Shown piece after piece: positions 11,736 through 24,676 of a DNA stretch of 64,000 nucleotides. Numbering within the stretch: position 1 is the stretch's first letter; each line of letters opens with the position of its first letter. Origin of the DNA: Mobula hypostoma (lineage: Eukaryota); NCBI RefSeq assembly GCF_963921235.1, contig NC_086097.1, forward strand, positions 66,962,001 through 67,026,000, written 5' to 3'. Position numbers and translations under genes: made by a program. Below the pieces are notes generated by a model. That model saw only the letters and a program-made list of their open reading frames with translations, did no database searches and was not told where the DNA came from.

Positions 11736-14069
11736 ACTGTGATATGGGTCTGTTCTATTTAATTTTGTAACCCAAGATGACATAATTGTACAGTACCTGC
11801 CAATGAACTAGGCTGGCTAAACAGGTTTAAAAATGCACCCCTCAGAAGTGAACTACATTAAATCTGAACTCCATTGATTTTTAAAAAAGAGAGAAAAGTA
11901 GCTTAACTTTTCAAGAACTTTTTTATTTTCACTTGTGCTCTCTACAATATGCTCTGTGGGGCTATCTGAAATCTCTGCACAATTTTTGTCCCTTCAATCT
12001 CTCCCACTGTTTATTTTTCATGAAGATCCTGATAAGCCAAAAGGTCCCCCAGGCATATGATAACAAATTAGAGGTACCATACATAGCTCCAGTTTAAACC
12101 TTCTACTGTACTCCTCTTTGTAGCCTCTAAGCATAATTTTGCTAAACTGTACTGCAATTATATACTCCAGGGAAATATCCATCTGGCATTTCAAGCTTCA
12201 ACAACAGATTTAGAACCTTGAATTCAGATTCAGCTACCTCTACAGTTAATTTTGTTCATCAAATCCTTTAATTTTGTCTTACTATATCTATGCTGATTTT
12301 CTCCAATATTTTGCTTACTGGTCAATGCATAGTCAAGCTCATGTCCAGTCTTGGTAAATATTTTACATTAGATTAGATTAGATTCTTTCCAGTGTTTTCC
12401 GTGTGTCCTTTTTACATTGCCTCCATTTATCAAACACTGATTTAAGAAGATGAGCATAAATGCAAAAGACAAAGGATGTAGCAAGACTGAGAAAGACATT
12501 GATTAAGTGAATGAGGTTTAATGGTGCTTTTATAAAGGGTAAGAGGAGGAAATACCGATCCAATGAAAGCATAATTTAAGTACACTTGTTTATTTATATG
12601 CAAATTAATTATTATATAGCCATCAGAATCAATAACCTCCAACACACAAGGTGAAGTGAAGTTTCTTTTAACGTCTTCATTCTGCTGCTGTACATTTAAA
12701 AGCTAATTTAAATTGAGTATAATTAATTTTGAATTGCCAATTGTAAAATGTTGCTTTCGCTAGTTCTATTTTTAGTAAACAGAAATTCATTGAGATTTTG
12801 GTGCGCGTAGGTGGAAATACCCTCAATAATTGATAAAACTGTGATACAGTGGACTTGATTTCCTCTGTGACTCATCTGGACAACTTGAGAAGAGTCTGCA
12901 ACAGAATTTCAATACAATAAACAATAAATACAGTATTTAATTCTGTTATTTGTAGTGTTATTTCTTAGTTTTTTTTAACTTGCCATCTACATTCATGTAC
13001 AAATTTGATTTCAGAAACTAATGATCATATTAATGTTTTCCTTTCATAACTCCAGTAAACATTTTTTTAAGCTATTGTTAGGATTTGTCATGTGATACTC
13101 TCTTTTACTGGTGGGTCCCCACTGATGCTGCTTCAGAACAAGTCACAACAAAGCCCATGATGTTTGATACAGATGGCTTTCTTTAACATTGGGATTAAAG
13201 AGTAATTATAATTGTTAAAGTCTCTACCTTTGTTCCATTTTAAAGTACTGACAGTTTCCAAAATTATTATTGCTATCAAACTTATTTGATGTCTATGCAT
13301 TTTAACAAATGATGATCAATATAAGCATTTACGTCTCCTGAATTACTTCTAATGTAACTTTGATCCACTTACAAATAGGAAATTGGTCATCTTTTTATAC
13401 TATATGCAACTGGAAATAAATATTGCAAATCAGAACATTTTCTGCTGCCCTTCCCTTCTGCTTGAGTATGTGGAACAGGGTGTATAATGATTATTGATCT
13501 GATACTATTATCTGCATTTTCTACAATATTAGTACATTGCTCCTTGGCTACTCCTCCTTCCACATATACCAAAATTGGGAATCAATTGTGATGCTTCAGA
13601 TCCCTGTGTACAGTATCAACATAAAAAGCTGATTACTGAAAAGTTGAGTTCTGCTGTCTGGACATGTAGGTTTTAAAGTTTCTGTCAGTTGTAATCATAC
13701 AGTCCAACAGATCTATGATTCATTTTTCTGTGTATTCCATCAGATAAATTGAAAGAGTATCAAGCAAACACCCACACATAACAAATACTTTGCGTGCCAA
13801 ATTGCATTGTTTTATGCTGAATGGATTGCACATAACAAGAGAAACCGCTCCATGAATTTCAAGCACTCTGATATGTAAATTAGATTTTAAAATACAAATA
13901 ATGAAGAACTTGCTCTGCTGTGCTCTTCCTGGAAGCTGAATACAGGGACAAACCACTGATGCCTTTCTAAAAAAATTGTGTGTTTTGTCTCGTGGTATTG
14001 TAAAGATAACATTTGAGAAAACAAACTTTACATTCATCTCTGGATTACAGGAATGGGACTGAAGCATTG

Positions 14070-15370
14070 GAGGGCTAATGCTGCACTGTTATTACAAAGG
14101 GAGGAAGGGAATAAACTGACTCATTTCAAGCCAACATGTTTAATTTCAGTGGCTCACAAACAATAGGAAATTCATTACTTACTTAGAAAGACATAGATTA
14201 AGGACAGCCAGCATGGATTTACAGAAACATCATGTCTGATAAATTGAATTGCATGAGATGATGATAGCAAAACTTTTGAAGTCTTCTATATAAATTGCAG
14301 CAAGATCTTTAACGAGATCCAGTGAAGTGGACTGGTCAAAAACAGGTACTGTAAGACGGGCAAAACTGACTGTGAAGGAAAGCAGAAAGGAATAATTAAC
14401 ATTAACTTTTATGACTGAAAGGCCATGACCATAAAATTCTATAAGATTCCATTTTTAGCAGCTTGCTTTTTATTGTAAAGATTAATAGAGTTAATTTTAA
14501 GATGTATGATAGAGAAGTGTGTTGACAGGGAGAAGGAATGCTTTCAATTTTGGGAGTCAGCTAAGCAAAAAAGTAGTAAGTGTGATTTAACCCGGAGAAG
14601 AGCAAGATAATATTTGGGGAAGTGTAACAAAGAAAAGGCATAGACAATAAGTAAGAGGGTATTCAGTGGTGTGAAAGGACTGAGAAGTATTAAAGTGTAT
14701 GTTCACAGATTGTTAAGGAAACCATGACAGACAGAGACACAAGAACCTTTAACATATGCAGTAATTTTTGCTCCAGATTCCAATATCTGTAGTCACCTTC
14801 ATAAATGCTGCTTGACCTGCTGAGCTCCTTCAGCAGAGTGTTTTTAGAACAGGCAGAGAAGGAGGCTAAAAGGCTAAAAAGGATCCCTCCCTTTATTAAC
14901 TGAGACAGCACAAAGATTATTTTAGAATTATGTACACTTGTTAGATCACAAGTGTGTTTGAACTGGAGAACACGCATAGAAAATTTATAAGAATGGTGCT
15001 AGGGCTAGAAAATTATAGCCACATACAAAGAATGAACAGGCTATTTTTTGTTTAGTTGGAACAGAAAAGACTAAGAAGACTTAATTAAGCTGTATAAGAT
15101 CATGAAGCATATAGAAAAAGTAAAATACAAATAACTTATTTTGTTTAGCTGAGAGTCCAAACTTTGAAGCATTGATTTCAAGAATTGGCAGGACTGTACT
15201 GAAGTTGAGAGAAATTGTTTTCACCATTAAAGTTTTAGAAGAATCCCTAAATGCCTAAAAAGTACCTAATGTGTTCTTCAACAGCTGTAAACTGCTGGGT
15301 TACAGATCAAATTCTGGAAGCCAGGGTTAAATTAGGTATCTCTCTTTCAACCAGTACAGATAAAACGAAC
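14070..15370 (+). mobile_element. ancient, heavily decayed CR1 LINE
   Basis: Residual SQHGF...CL motif (14205-14240) and RMVLGLENYS-like 3' region; no open frame. Confidence 0.55.
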
Positions 15371-15415
15371 TAGTGGACTGTCCCCAATACATTTTTGGCA
15401 GATCCCTTTCACTAC

Positions 15416-16075
15416 TATTGAATTGAATTGAATTGACTTTATTTCTTACATCCTTCACATACATGAGGAGTAAAAATCTTTATGTTACGTCTCTGTCTAA
15501 ATGACCAATGTGCAATCATAGTAATTTATAATAATTTATAATAAATAGAACAGTCAATGTAATATACAGAACACTCAAATCAGTGTGAGTTCATCAACCT
15601 GATGGCCCGGTGGAAGAAGCTGTCCTGGAGCCTGTTGGTCCTGGTTTTTATGCTGCGGTACCGTTTCCCAGTTGGTAGCAGCTGGAACAGTTTGTGGTTG
15701 GGGTGACTTGGGTCCTCAATGATCCTATGGGACCTTTTTACACACCTGTCTTTGTAAATGTCCTGAAGCATGGGAAGTTCACAACTGCAGATGCGCTGGG
15801 CAGAAGCCTGTGATTAAGGGAGGTATAATTACCATACCAGGCAGTCATGCAGCCAGTCAGGATGCTCTCAATTGTGACCCTGTAGAAAGTTCTTAGGATT
15901 TGGGAGCCCATACCAAACTTCCTCAACTGTCTGAGGTGAAAGAGGCGCTGTCGTGCCTTTTTCAGCACACAGCTGGGGTACAGACCAAGTGAGGTCCTCA
16001 GTGATGTGAATGCCGAGGAACTTGAAGCTGTTTACCCTCTCAACCCCAGATCCATTGATGTCAATAGGGATCACC
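15416..16075 (-). mobile_element. LINE 3' fragment (Rex/Babar-L2 group)
   Basis: VERVNSFKFLGIHITEDLTWS, KKARQRLFHLRQLRKFG, FQLLPTGKRYRS; (CAATT)n tail. Confidence 0.85.
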
Positions 16076-16209
16076 CCAGATCCAGTGATATCAACTTGAG
16101 GCACTATTTCAAGAAAGCAACATCTATCATCAAAGATCCATCAGGGCCATGCCACCTTTTGAGCTACCATTGGGCATGAGGTACAGAAGCCTGAGGTACA
16201 AAACACAGT

Positions 16210-18000
16210 AAGATGGTGACTCTTTGCATGCAGCTCTGATCGGAATCATCAGTTTTCACCTTTAAGCCTATTACAGCCGAAATTCACAGTCACAGCCATG
16301 AGTACTTCAATAAGCAGCATCATTTTAAGAACTTTAAAAAAAAATCTATCATTACTCAAAATCAATGAATCTCAGAAGGCAGACTCGGGTTGGGAGTGCT
16401 GTTCCCCTATAAGAAAACAGAAGAGGGGACACCACACTGGTCTACAGGTACAATTGAAGAGCAGCGGCCTTAGTCTTCGACTTCCAACTATCCTTCTGGC
16501 GAACGTACAGTCTCTGGAAAATAACACTGAAGACCACAGAGCAAGATTGCAGTACCAGAGGGACATCAGTGTCTGCTGTGTACTTTGATTCATGGAAATA
16601 CAGTTATCCCCCATCAATTCGGATGTAGCGCTGCAGCTCAATGACTCCACCATTCTCTGCAAAGACAGGACAGCTCACTTTTTTAAAGGCAGAGGAAGTG
16701 AAGTACACCTCATGATTAACTCATTGTGGCAGTTTTGTCTCAGTCCTGCTCACCCAACCTGAAACATCTAGCAGTCAAATGTCATCCATTTTATCCGCCG
16801 AGGGAGTTTTTCACCATCATCCCAGTAGCGGTGTACATTCCACCTCAGGCCAATGTCAGAGAGGCACTGGAGGGGCTAAGTACTGTGATCAGCAGTCACA
16901 AAATGGTGCACCCTAATGTCTTCCCCGTCATTGTGGGGGATTTCAACCAGGCCAGCTTGAAGAAGTCTCTGAAACAATTACAACCAACATAACACCTGTG
17001 GGACCATCAAGAATGCTTACCATGCCATTCCACACTCACACTTTGGAAAGTCCAATCAGCTGACTGTACTTCTACTCCAAATCCATAGGCAGAGACTAAA
17101 GACCACCGCACCAGTAGTGAGGGCAAAAAGGTATGATCAAGGGAGGCGGAGGAACACTTACAGGACTGCTTTGAGTCAGTGAACGGACAATATTCAGGGA
17201 TTCATCTTAAAGTCTGAATGAATATGCTACAGTTGTCATCAAGATGTGTGGATGAGTGTATGCTTTCAAGAATATACCGGGCATACCCTAACCAAACTCT
17301 GTGGATGAATCAGGAGATTCGTAGTCTTCTGAAGGCTAGATCTGTGGCATTCAAAACCAGTGTTCCAGAACTATACAAGACCACATATGACCTACAGAAG
17401 GCTATTTTAAGGCAAAGAAGCAATTCCAGTTGAAGTTAGGGATGGAATTGGATACACATCAGCTCTGGCAGGTTTGCAGGCCATTAATTCCTACAAAGCA
17501 AAACCTAACATACGGAATGGCTGTGTTGCTTCACTGCCAGATGAGCTTTTATGCATTTTATGCCTTTTATGCATGCTCCGAAAGGGCGACAATCATATCA
17601 GTGCCCAAGAACAGCAGGGTGAGCTGCCTCAACAACTATTGCCCAGTAGCACTCCAATCTCCTGTGATGAAGTATGTTGATCATGGCTAGAATCAACTCT
17701 TGCCTAAGCAAGGACCTGGACCTGCAGCAATGTGCCTATCACTACAATAGGTCTACAGTGGATGCAATCTCACCAGCTCTCCACGCGGCCTTGGATCATC
17801 TGGACAATAGAAATACCTAGGTCAGGCACAACAAACTTTACGAGAAGCTTACATAGATTCAGCATGTCATCTAAAACTTTGACAAACTTCTGTAGATGCA
17901 CAGAGAAGAGTATCCTGTCTACTTGCATGATTGCCTGGAATGGAAACACCAATGCCAAAGAACAGAAAAGTCTACAAAAAGTGATGGACACAGTCCACCA
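16210..18000 (+). mobile_element. decayed LINE (Rex/Babar-L2 group), endonuclease plus partial RT, internally deleted
   Basis: LPTILLANVQSLEN, AVYIPP...IVGDFNQASL, IISVPK...CLNNYCPVAL fragments with frameshifts. Confidence 0.85.
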
Positions 18001-19173
18001 GTCTTGGTTTGTAAGTCTTTATTTATGTATAGTTTTCATAGTTTATTTTGTACATGTTATTAAGAACCTAGTTATTGGGAAATACTACATGATAATGTGG
18101 TTCAGTGTAAAGTTTGTACAAAAATTTCAGCATTTGATGCTTTTATAATAATAAACATTAATTTGTGGTAATACATACATAATGATGAGGAAATCAGTAC
18201 TCTTAAAATGGAGGAAATTTGACAAAAACTTGTGAAAAGCATATATTCACAGTTAAATGCCAGAATCAGAATCAGGTTTATTATCACTTACATATATCAT
18301 GAAATGTGTTTCTTCAGGCTGCTGGTGGTAATGAGTTGAGGGCATGTCCTGAACGGTGGAGGTCCTTCATGCTGAATGCCGCCTTTCTGAGGCATCACTT
18401 TTTGAACAGGTTCTGGATGGTGGGCAGCTGGCCGAGTTTACAACCCGCTGCAGCTTTTTCCCATCCTATGCTGTGGCCCAGCCACACTAGATTGTGAGAT
18501 AACCAGTTAGATTCTATAGAAATATGCTAGAATCAGAAGTTTTCATCAGCAAGCTCTTTATGATATATGACATGCACTATTGCAGCCTCCATTCATATGA
18601 AAGAAGTTGCTGTTTCAATCCTCCAACTACTAACTATTTTCAGCAAAATAGTCACAAACACCTGTCAGGCAGTTTTGGATTTCTATATCCATACAATCTG
18701 CATATCCATTTCATGTTCCAAATGGAAACGAGCTTTGTGTCATTTATCCTGGAGTGGAAAAGGAAGTTGGTAAAACATTGGCAATTATGAATAGTTCATT
18801 GGGCAGGGTGGAAGTGGTATGCCTGGAAACTAAACACAATTGAAAATTAGCTCTTGTATTCAAAAATATAACAAAGCAGTGACAAGTGCTTCAAACACAA
18901 AAGAATTGTTTATAATAAACCTGACAAATACCTGCATAACAATAATTCAATTATTTCATGGATCCAAGATGGAAAGATCAAACTCCTTGACTTTTTTAAA
19001 GTGAGACCAAAGAACAATGTGTAAGTTGTGCAATAGCTTGAATCACTTAAAAGACAATCAATATATTCACATAGACATAGTCTGGTATACATTAATAGTT
19101 TGTCATAATAAGAAATCCAGTATAGAAATTCACAACTAGATGTTCAATGTCCAGAAGTTAAGAGATCCCATAT

Positions 19174-19725
19174 ACAGTGGATTCCAATTAATCGGGGCAG
19201 TTGCTTATTTGGGACAACTCTAATGGAAGAAAACCTAATCCTGAAAATAGCCAGGATCCATTTATTTGGACACTATGCCACTTAATTCAGACTGGAGACT
19301 GGTGCCAAAAAGTTTCTAACTAGTGTTGGTCGTGTGCATTTGTATGGCCATTAAGACACTACATCGTACTTAGAAGAAACAGTTTTTAGATAGCGTCAGA
19401 TGTGTGTGTTGTTCAAAAAGCAGTGATTTTTTTCACTGGTAGTCAGCATAAAGTAAGCAGCAAGACATTTCAGAACTGTTTTGTTCACCGCAGCTTCAGA
19501 AACAACTAGGAGTGAAAATAAAATGAGTATTAACAATCATCTTGAATATTACAATGAAAATTTGGAGTATGCAAGCATCAAAAGCATTGTATGAAGGCAG
19601 TCCATTATCTGCACTATGTGCCTGTGCTGATTTTGTTCATTTACAGTCAATCTAAAGAACACTGCAGCGTACACTGGATGAGTTCCTCCGTCAAAAAACA
19701 ATAAGGAACTGATACACAGTTTTAA
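19174..19725 (+). mobile_element. Tigger/pogo-like non-autonomous element (host of the hAT fragment)
   Basis: TA-CAGTGGATTCCAATTAAT start; colinear similarity with 45623-46387. Confidence 0.7.
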
Positions 19726-19729
19726 AGTC

Positions 19730-20465
19730 TTGCTAAGCCAACAACGTGAAGAAAACGTCATAGTAAATACAAGTTCACTGTTGACTTTTATAAATAGTCT
19801 TCGTGTTCATTTAGAAGAAAGGTTTCCTGAAGATGAGGTACAAGAATGGTCAGTTTTCATTTCTCTGCAATTGCAGATTGTGACTTCACATTTGGCGATG
19901 AGCAAGTTAATGCCTAATGACTAAAATATCATGATTTTCTAGCTGAAAATACTGTAATAGTTAGGCAGTTTAATGATTTCAAATTTTCCGTGCAAGAAAA
20001 AATTAAATCCAAACTGATTTCAAACTTTGCTCAAATGGTGGCATTTATACTTCAAAATGAACAGTTTTGCGACCTTGCACAGTTGATGGACATTGGGGGA
20101 ACCTTTCTTGCGTCTAGTGCGGACTGTGAGCGGGGTTTTAGCCTAACGAATCAACTCAAAAACAAGCTGAGAAACTGTTTAGGTGAATGTCATTTGGATA
20201 TGTTAATGAGAATCAAAAGCTATCAATTGGATGGAAGTTCTATTAGTCTAGATAGAGTACAGGAGAGAGAAAAAATAACTGAGTGACTTAAATATGTATG
20301 TTATTTTGTTGTTATTCTGTGCCGTTTTATGTCAAATATTTTGTAAATCTACATAAACTGTGCCATGTGTGCATTCAGTGCACACATACTTTTGTCACAG
20401 GACAAAAAATTTACACAACAGAAGATTTTTGCGCACACTGACTACTAAAAATTAGAGGGAACTTG
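19730..20465 (+). mobile_element. hAT transposon 3' part (dimerisation domain remnant plus right TIR)
   Basis: ASSADCERGFSLTNQLKNKLRNCLGECHLDMLMRIK; ends TTAGAGGGAACTTG; subterminal sequence matches the reverse complement of ~7960-8050. Confidence 0.85.
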
Positions 20466-20751
20466 GTTGGTAGTGTTCTGATTTGATCTGTATTTCATTT
20501 AAATACATAAATTGTTACTCAGTTAAACAATAATTTGTATTTTATGAGATAATTGTCAATACTGTACCTTCACTTAGTTCACTCCCAGCCATTTCTGGCA
20601 TTTCCAACCCTGAATGCTTAAAACCTCTGAGTAAAAAGTTCCCAATTGTTTTAATGCTTACTTCTTGGCAACTATCAGTGACATAAGTTGCTGCTTTTGA
20701 ACACAAAGACGCACAACTGATGCCTTTTAAAAACAGTACGGTATAGTATCT

Positions 20752-20904
20752 CACATCAAAGTTGCTGGTGAACGCAGCAGGCCAGGCAGCATCTCTAGGA
20801 AGAGGTGCAGTCGACGTTTCAGGCCGAGACCCTTCGTCAGGACTAACTGAAGGAAGAGTGAGTAAGGGATTTGAAAGTTGGAGGGGGAGGGGGAGATCCA
20901 AAAT
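20752..20904 (-). mobile_element. Penelope-derived short element
   Basis: Reverse complement of the 4541-4639 family plus a purine-rich extension; near-identical to 31697-31844; no TSD found. Confidence 0.8.
20809..20844 (-). ncRNA. minimal type-I hammerhead ribozyme motif
   Basis: Minus strand reads AGTC-CTGACGA-AGG(gtctcgg)CCT-GAAAC-GTC-GACT. Confidence 0.75.
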
Positions 20905-21757
20905 CATTTTTTCCTGCTAACACAGTGCGTTCTGTTTGTTAAGCTTCGTAGGCAAGTGTTTTGGCTTTGGCTGCTCAGCCTAGGAATGTTGTGCCAACCA
21001 GTGGGGTTTGTCTGGTATCATGCTGTAACATTCTGTCCAGTGGGATGCCATGGAACATTTCGAGAGAGCTGGGTGGGATCAGACTTCTGAAGGACAATAG
21101 TCTGTTTTGTTTTTGATTGACAGGGGTTTGGAAGATGAAGGTGATGCAGAGTGGAGCACCAGGGAAGATGCTTGCAGAATCCCACTTTAAGGAGAGAGCC
21201 CACTGTAAGAAGTGCTTTGTGCAGACAAATGGTTCCAAGGAGAAAGTGCCAATGCTTCTGAGCTAGCCAGTCCATCTGAAATGACCTTTGAGGGTTCAAA
21301 CAGTGGCTGGTGTCTTTCATGCAGGATGTGGGTTCAGCACTTGAATAATCAAAGTGCAGCATCCTGACTACTTCAGAAACGAGCTCCAACGTTTATGTGC
21401 ACATTTAGACTGGTTTAACTGTACTGGACTCCCCCTCACCCCCATTAACTGTTTGTTAAAGTCAGAATACCTGTAAATATACTTCCACTTTAATTTTACG
21501 CTGGTGTGAGGTCTGTTATTTCCTGTCGAGTGATAACTTTGTATGGGGCAGCATTCACCACAATTTTCATTCCCTCATTGGACTATCCCAACTTTCCTGT
21601 TAGGTTGAACCCAAATCATACTGACCCAAGACGCGTGTTGCTTATTGACAGTGACTTTATTACCGTTACCCGTGCACTGCTGAGTCACATGGCTGTTAGC
21701 CATAGTTACTGTAGCTAATGAACCAAGCTTGCTACGAGCCACAGTGAGAGGGTTACA
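20905..21757. mobile_element. probable 5'-truncated LTR
   Basis: Compositionally distinct non-coding block ending GAGGGTTACA, like the 10489-11177 LTR end; no TG start or TSD found. Confidence 0.45.
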
Positions 21758-22860
21758 CATATATTTTGCTATTTACTACCCTGAGATTCATTTCCTGTGT
21801 GCATTCAAAGAAATCAGAATCAATGAAAAACTGCACACAAGAAAGACAGACAAACAACCAATGTGCAAAATTGTGCAAATACAAAAAAGAGAAACAAAAT
21901 AAAATAATAATAATGAATAAATAAGTAATAAATATCAAGAACATAAGTTGTGGAGTCCTTGAAAGTGTGTCTATAATGTGTGGAATCAGTTGTGTTGGAG
22001 TAAGTGAAGTTATCCCCGCTAGTTCAAGAGCCAGAAGGTTGAGGGTTAATAACTTCCTGAACCTGGTAGCTTGGGACCTGGGACTGCTGTACATAGTTCC
22101 CGCTGGCAACTGTGAGAAGAGGGCATGTCGTGGATTGTGAAGGTGTTGATGATGGATGCTGCTTTCCTGCATCAGTGTTCTTTGTAGATGTGCTCAGTGG
22201 TGGGGAGGGTTTTACCTCTGATGAACCAGGCCACACATACTACGTTTTGTAGGCTTTTCCATTCAAGGACATGTGGTGTTTCCATATCAGGCCATGATGC
22301 AACCAGTCAATGTACTCTCCACTGCACATCAATAGAAGTTTGGCAAAGTTTTAGATGACATGTTAAATCTTTGCAGACTTCTAGGGAAGTATGGATGCTT
22401 CTGTGCCTTCCTGTAGTGGTACTTACATGCTGGACCAGGATAGATCCTTTGAAATGATAATACCAAGGAATTTGAAGTTGCTGACTCTTTCCACCTTTGA
22501 GCCTCTGATGAGGACTGGTTATGGACCTCCAGTTTCCTCCTCACCTCTTTGGTTTTGCTGTCATTGAATGAGAGATTGTTGTGGCACCATTCAGTCTCTG
22601 TCCTACTTGCTGATTCACCATCACTTTTGATTCAGCCAACAACAGTGGTGTGGTCAGCAAACTTATATATGGCATTGGTGCTGTACTTAGCCTCACAATC
22701 ATTAGTGTTGAGTGAGTGAGTAGAGCAGGGGGCTAAGCACACAGCCTTGTAGTGTACCTGTGCTGATGGATTGTGAAGGAGATGTTGTTAATCCAATCTG
22801 GACTGGGGTCTGCAAGAGAAGAAACCGAGGATTCAGTCACACAAAGAGGCACTGAGGCCT
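21758..22860 (-). mobile_element. LINE 3' fragment (Rex/Babar-L2 group)
   Basis: Homologous to 33725-34445 and 3078-3696; RSLQRFNMSSKTL motif. Confidence 0.8.
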
Positions 22861-22899
22861 TGCCCTACTGTAACTTTTATACTTAGAGCAAAAATATTT

Positions 22900-24060
22900 G
22901 ATGGATTTTGAGTTTGGGAATCTCTACTGAGAAGGTCTCAAACAGAACACCTGCTTGTCATGATAAATAAAGACTTCCCTTCCATCAGTTTCTCCAGTTA
23001 CTTTGTCACAGTCACAACAGTATGATGCAGCTCAAATTAGAGTGCTCATTTCAGGATTCTGATATCAGACACTGTGGCTGACACATCAGGGCTCACTGAA
23101 TATAATCAGAGCCTCAGTGCTGGGTATGTTGGCCAGTAAAAGAGCATTAATGCTGGTTTGCTAATCTTTCTAATGACGTGGAGCATTTTGTGATGGTACC
23201 TCACCTGTGCTTCGAGGTGACTGCCAGAGGGCTGTGTCTCACAGATATATGGGAGCATGGGGAGCACTACTGCTTAACTGGCTGTGAGCTTTGTGCTAGT
23301 TTTGAAGTATGAGAAATGCTCTACATTTTGCAGATTTTCATTGTTTGATTTTATTATCTAGGAGTAATATTGTACAGCAAAGCCAGTTTGGTAGACCTAT
23401 GTTGCACAGCTTTTGTGCTGCAAATAGAGTGCAGGAGCTATTTCATATGCTTCAGGTAACATATTGAGAATGATTTGAAGCTCAGACTCCAAAATCCATA
23501 TAATGCTCATTTGCAAATTTGTGGTGAAGAAGATTGCAAAATACGCTGGGGTGATGATGCAATCTTTATTATACCAGCCATATTAATATGCATCCTGTGG
23601 ATTGATTGCAACATGTATACTGTCATGCAACAGATGGGAGATAAAGATGAATTTCAAATTTGAGAAGGGTAATCCATAGTTCCTCTTGATTCAAAAGCTT
23701 TTGCAAGATTACAAAAAAACATGTTTAGTGGTTTGCGCTGCTTCTTGCATTTTTCATGAAGTTGGCATGTGGTGAGGATCTTGATGTGCTTCTGCTTAGA
23801 TGAAATCTAACGTAATTCAGGGAGAGGCTTTTTGGCCATCACCTGAGGAGGATTTCAGTGGCAACTTTGGCTGTTGCAAACTGCAGTGAATCCTCTCCTA
23901 GCATTGAATCAGATTTGTCTTTCCTGAAGTTCATAATTATTGCATCTCTGAGAACCCCTGACACCCTTTTTTGCCAGACTTAAGAAATGAGTTTGCAAAC
24001 TTGTAACTGAAGTTCCTTTCTGCCAAGTAGCACGGAAGAGTCATTGTTGTTTTTCAGATG
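22900..24060 (-). mobile_element. ancient RTE-like LINE RT remnant
   Basis: Minus-strand translation QLHEKCKKQRKPLNMFFCNLAKAFES resembles the RTE motif QLQEKCREQ..PLY..F.DL.KAFDS. Confidence 0.65.
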
Positions 24061-24676
24061 GCATTTTCTCTCCCCTCCCCCCCAACACACACCACCATCA
24101 CCCACAACTTCTTGTCTGGGATGGTGGCAAGGCTGGACAGATAATTTCCTGTTAAATGCTGTCCTTTCAGTACATGGAATTCACCACTTCCATTTCATAA
24201 TGTGTAATTTCTTATGCTTCCCAAAAGCCACACACACTCAACTGATTTGCCTTCCGCAAAATTACATAGAAACCACATCAGTAGAAGAGGTCATTTAACC
24301 CAATCAGTCCATAATTATAGTTATTTTCCTTGTATATTCTTGAGCCATTGAACAAATTGTAGAAAAGCACTCCAATGTTCTCAATATAAACTTCTCATTC
24401 CAGTACTATGCCTCACACTTACAGCTCTTTGTAATTCTGTTTTCTGACAATTTAACTCTTGCCAGTTAAGTGTACATAAAACAATCCCTAATAGTTAAGA
24501 AGGCCCCTTGGGAATAATCTTGAAAAAATTATTGAGGTCTGTGTGCATTGCTGTTACAAGTCAATTTTAGAGTCATACTCCAGGGTAACGTGACTGAGAA
24601 CTCACTAACAACCCACAGTCCAAATATGTACCAGTTGGTAAGCTAATTGGTTATTATAAATTGTCCTGTGATTATT

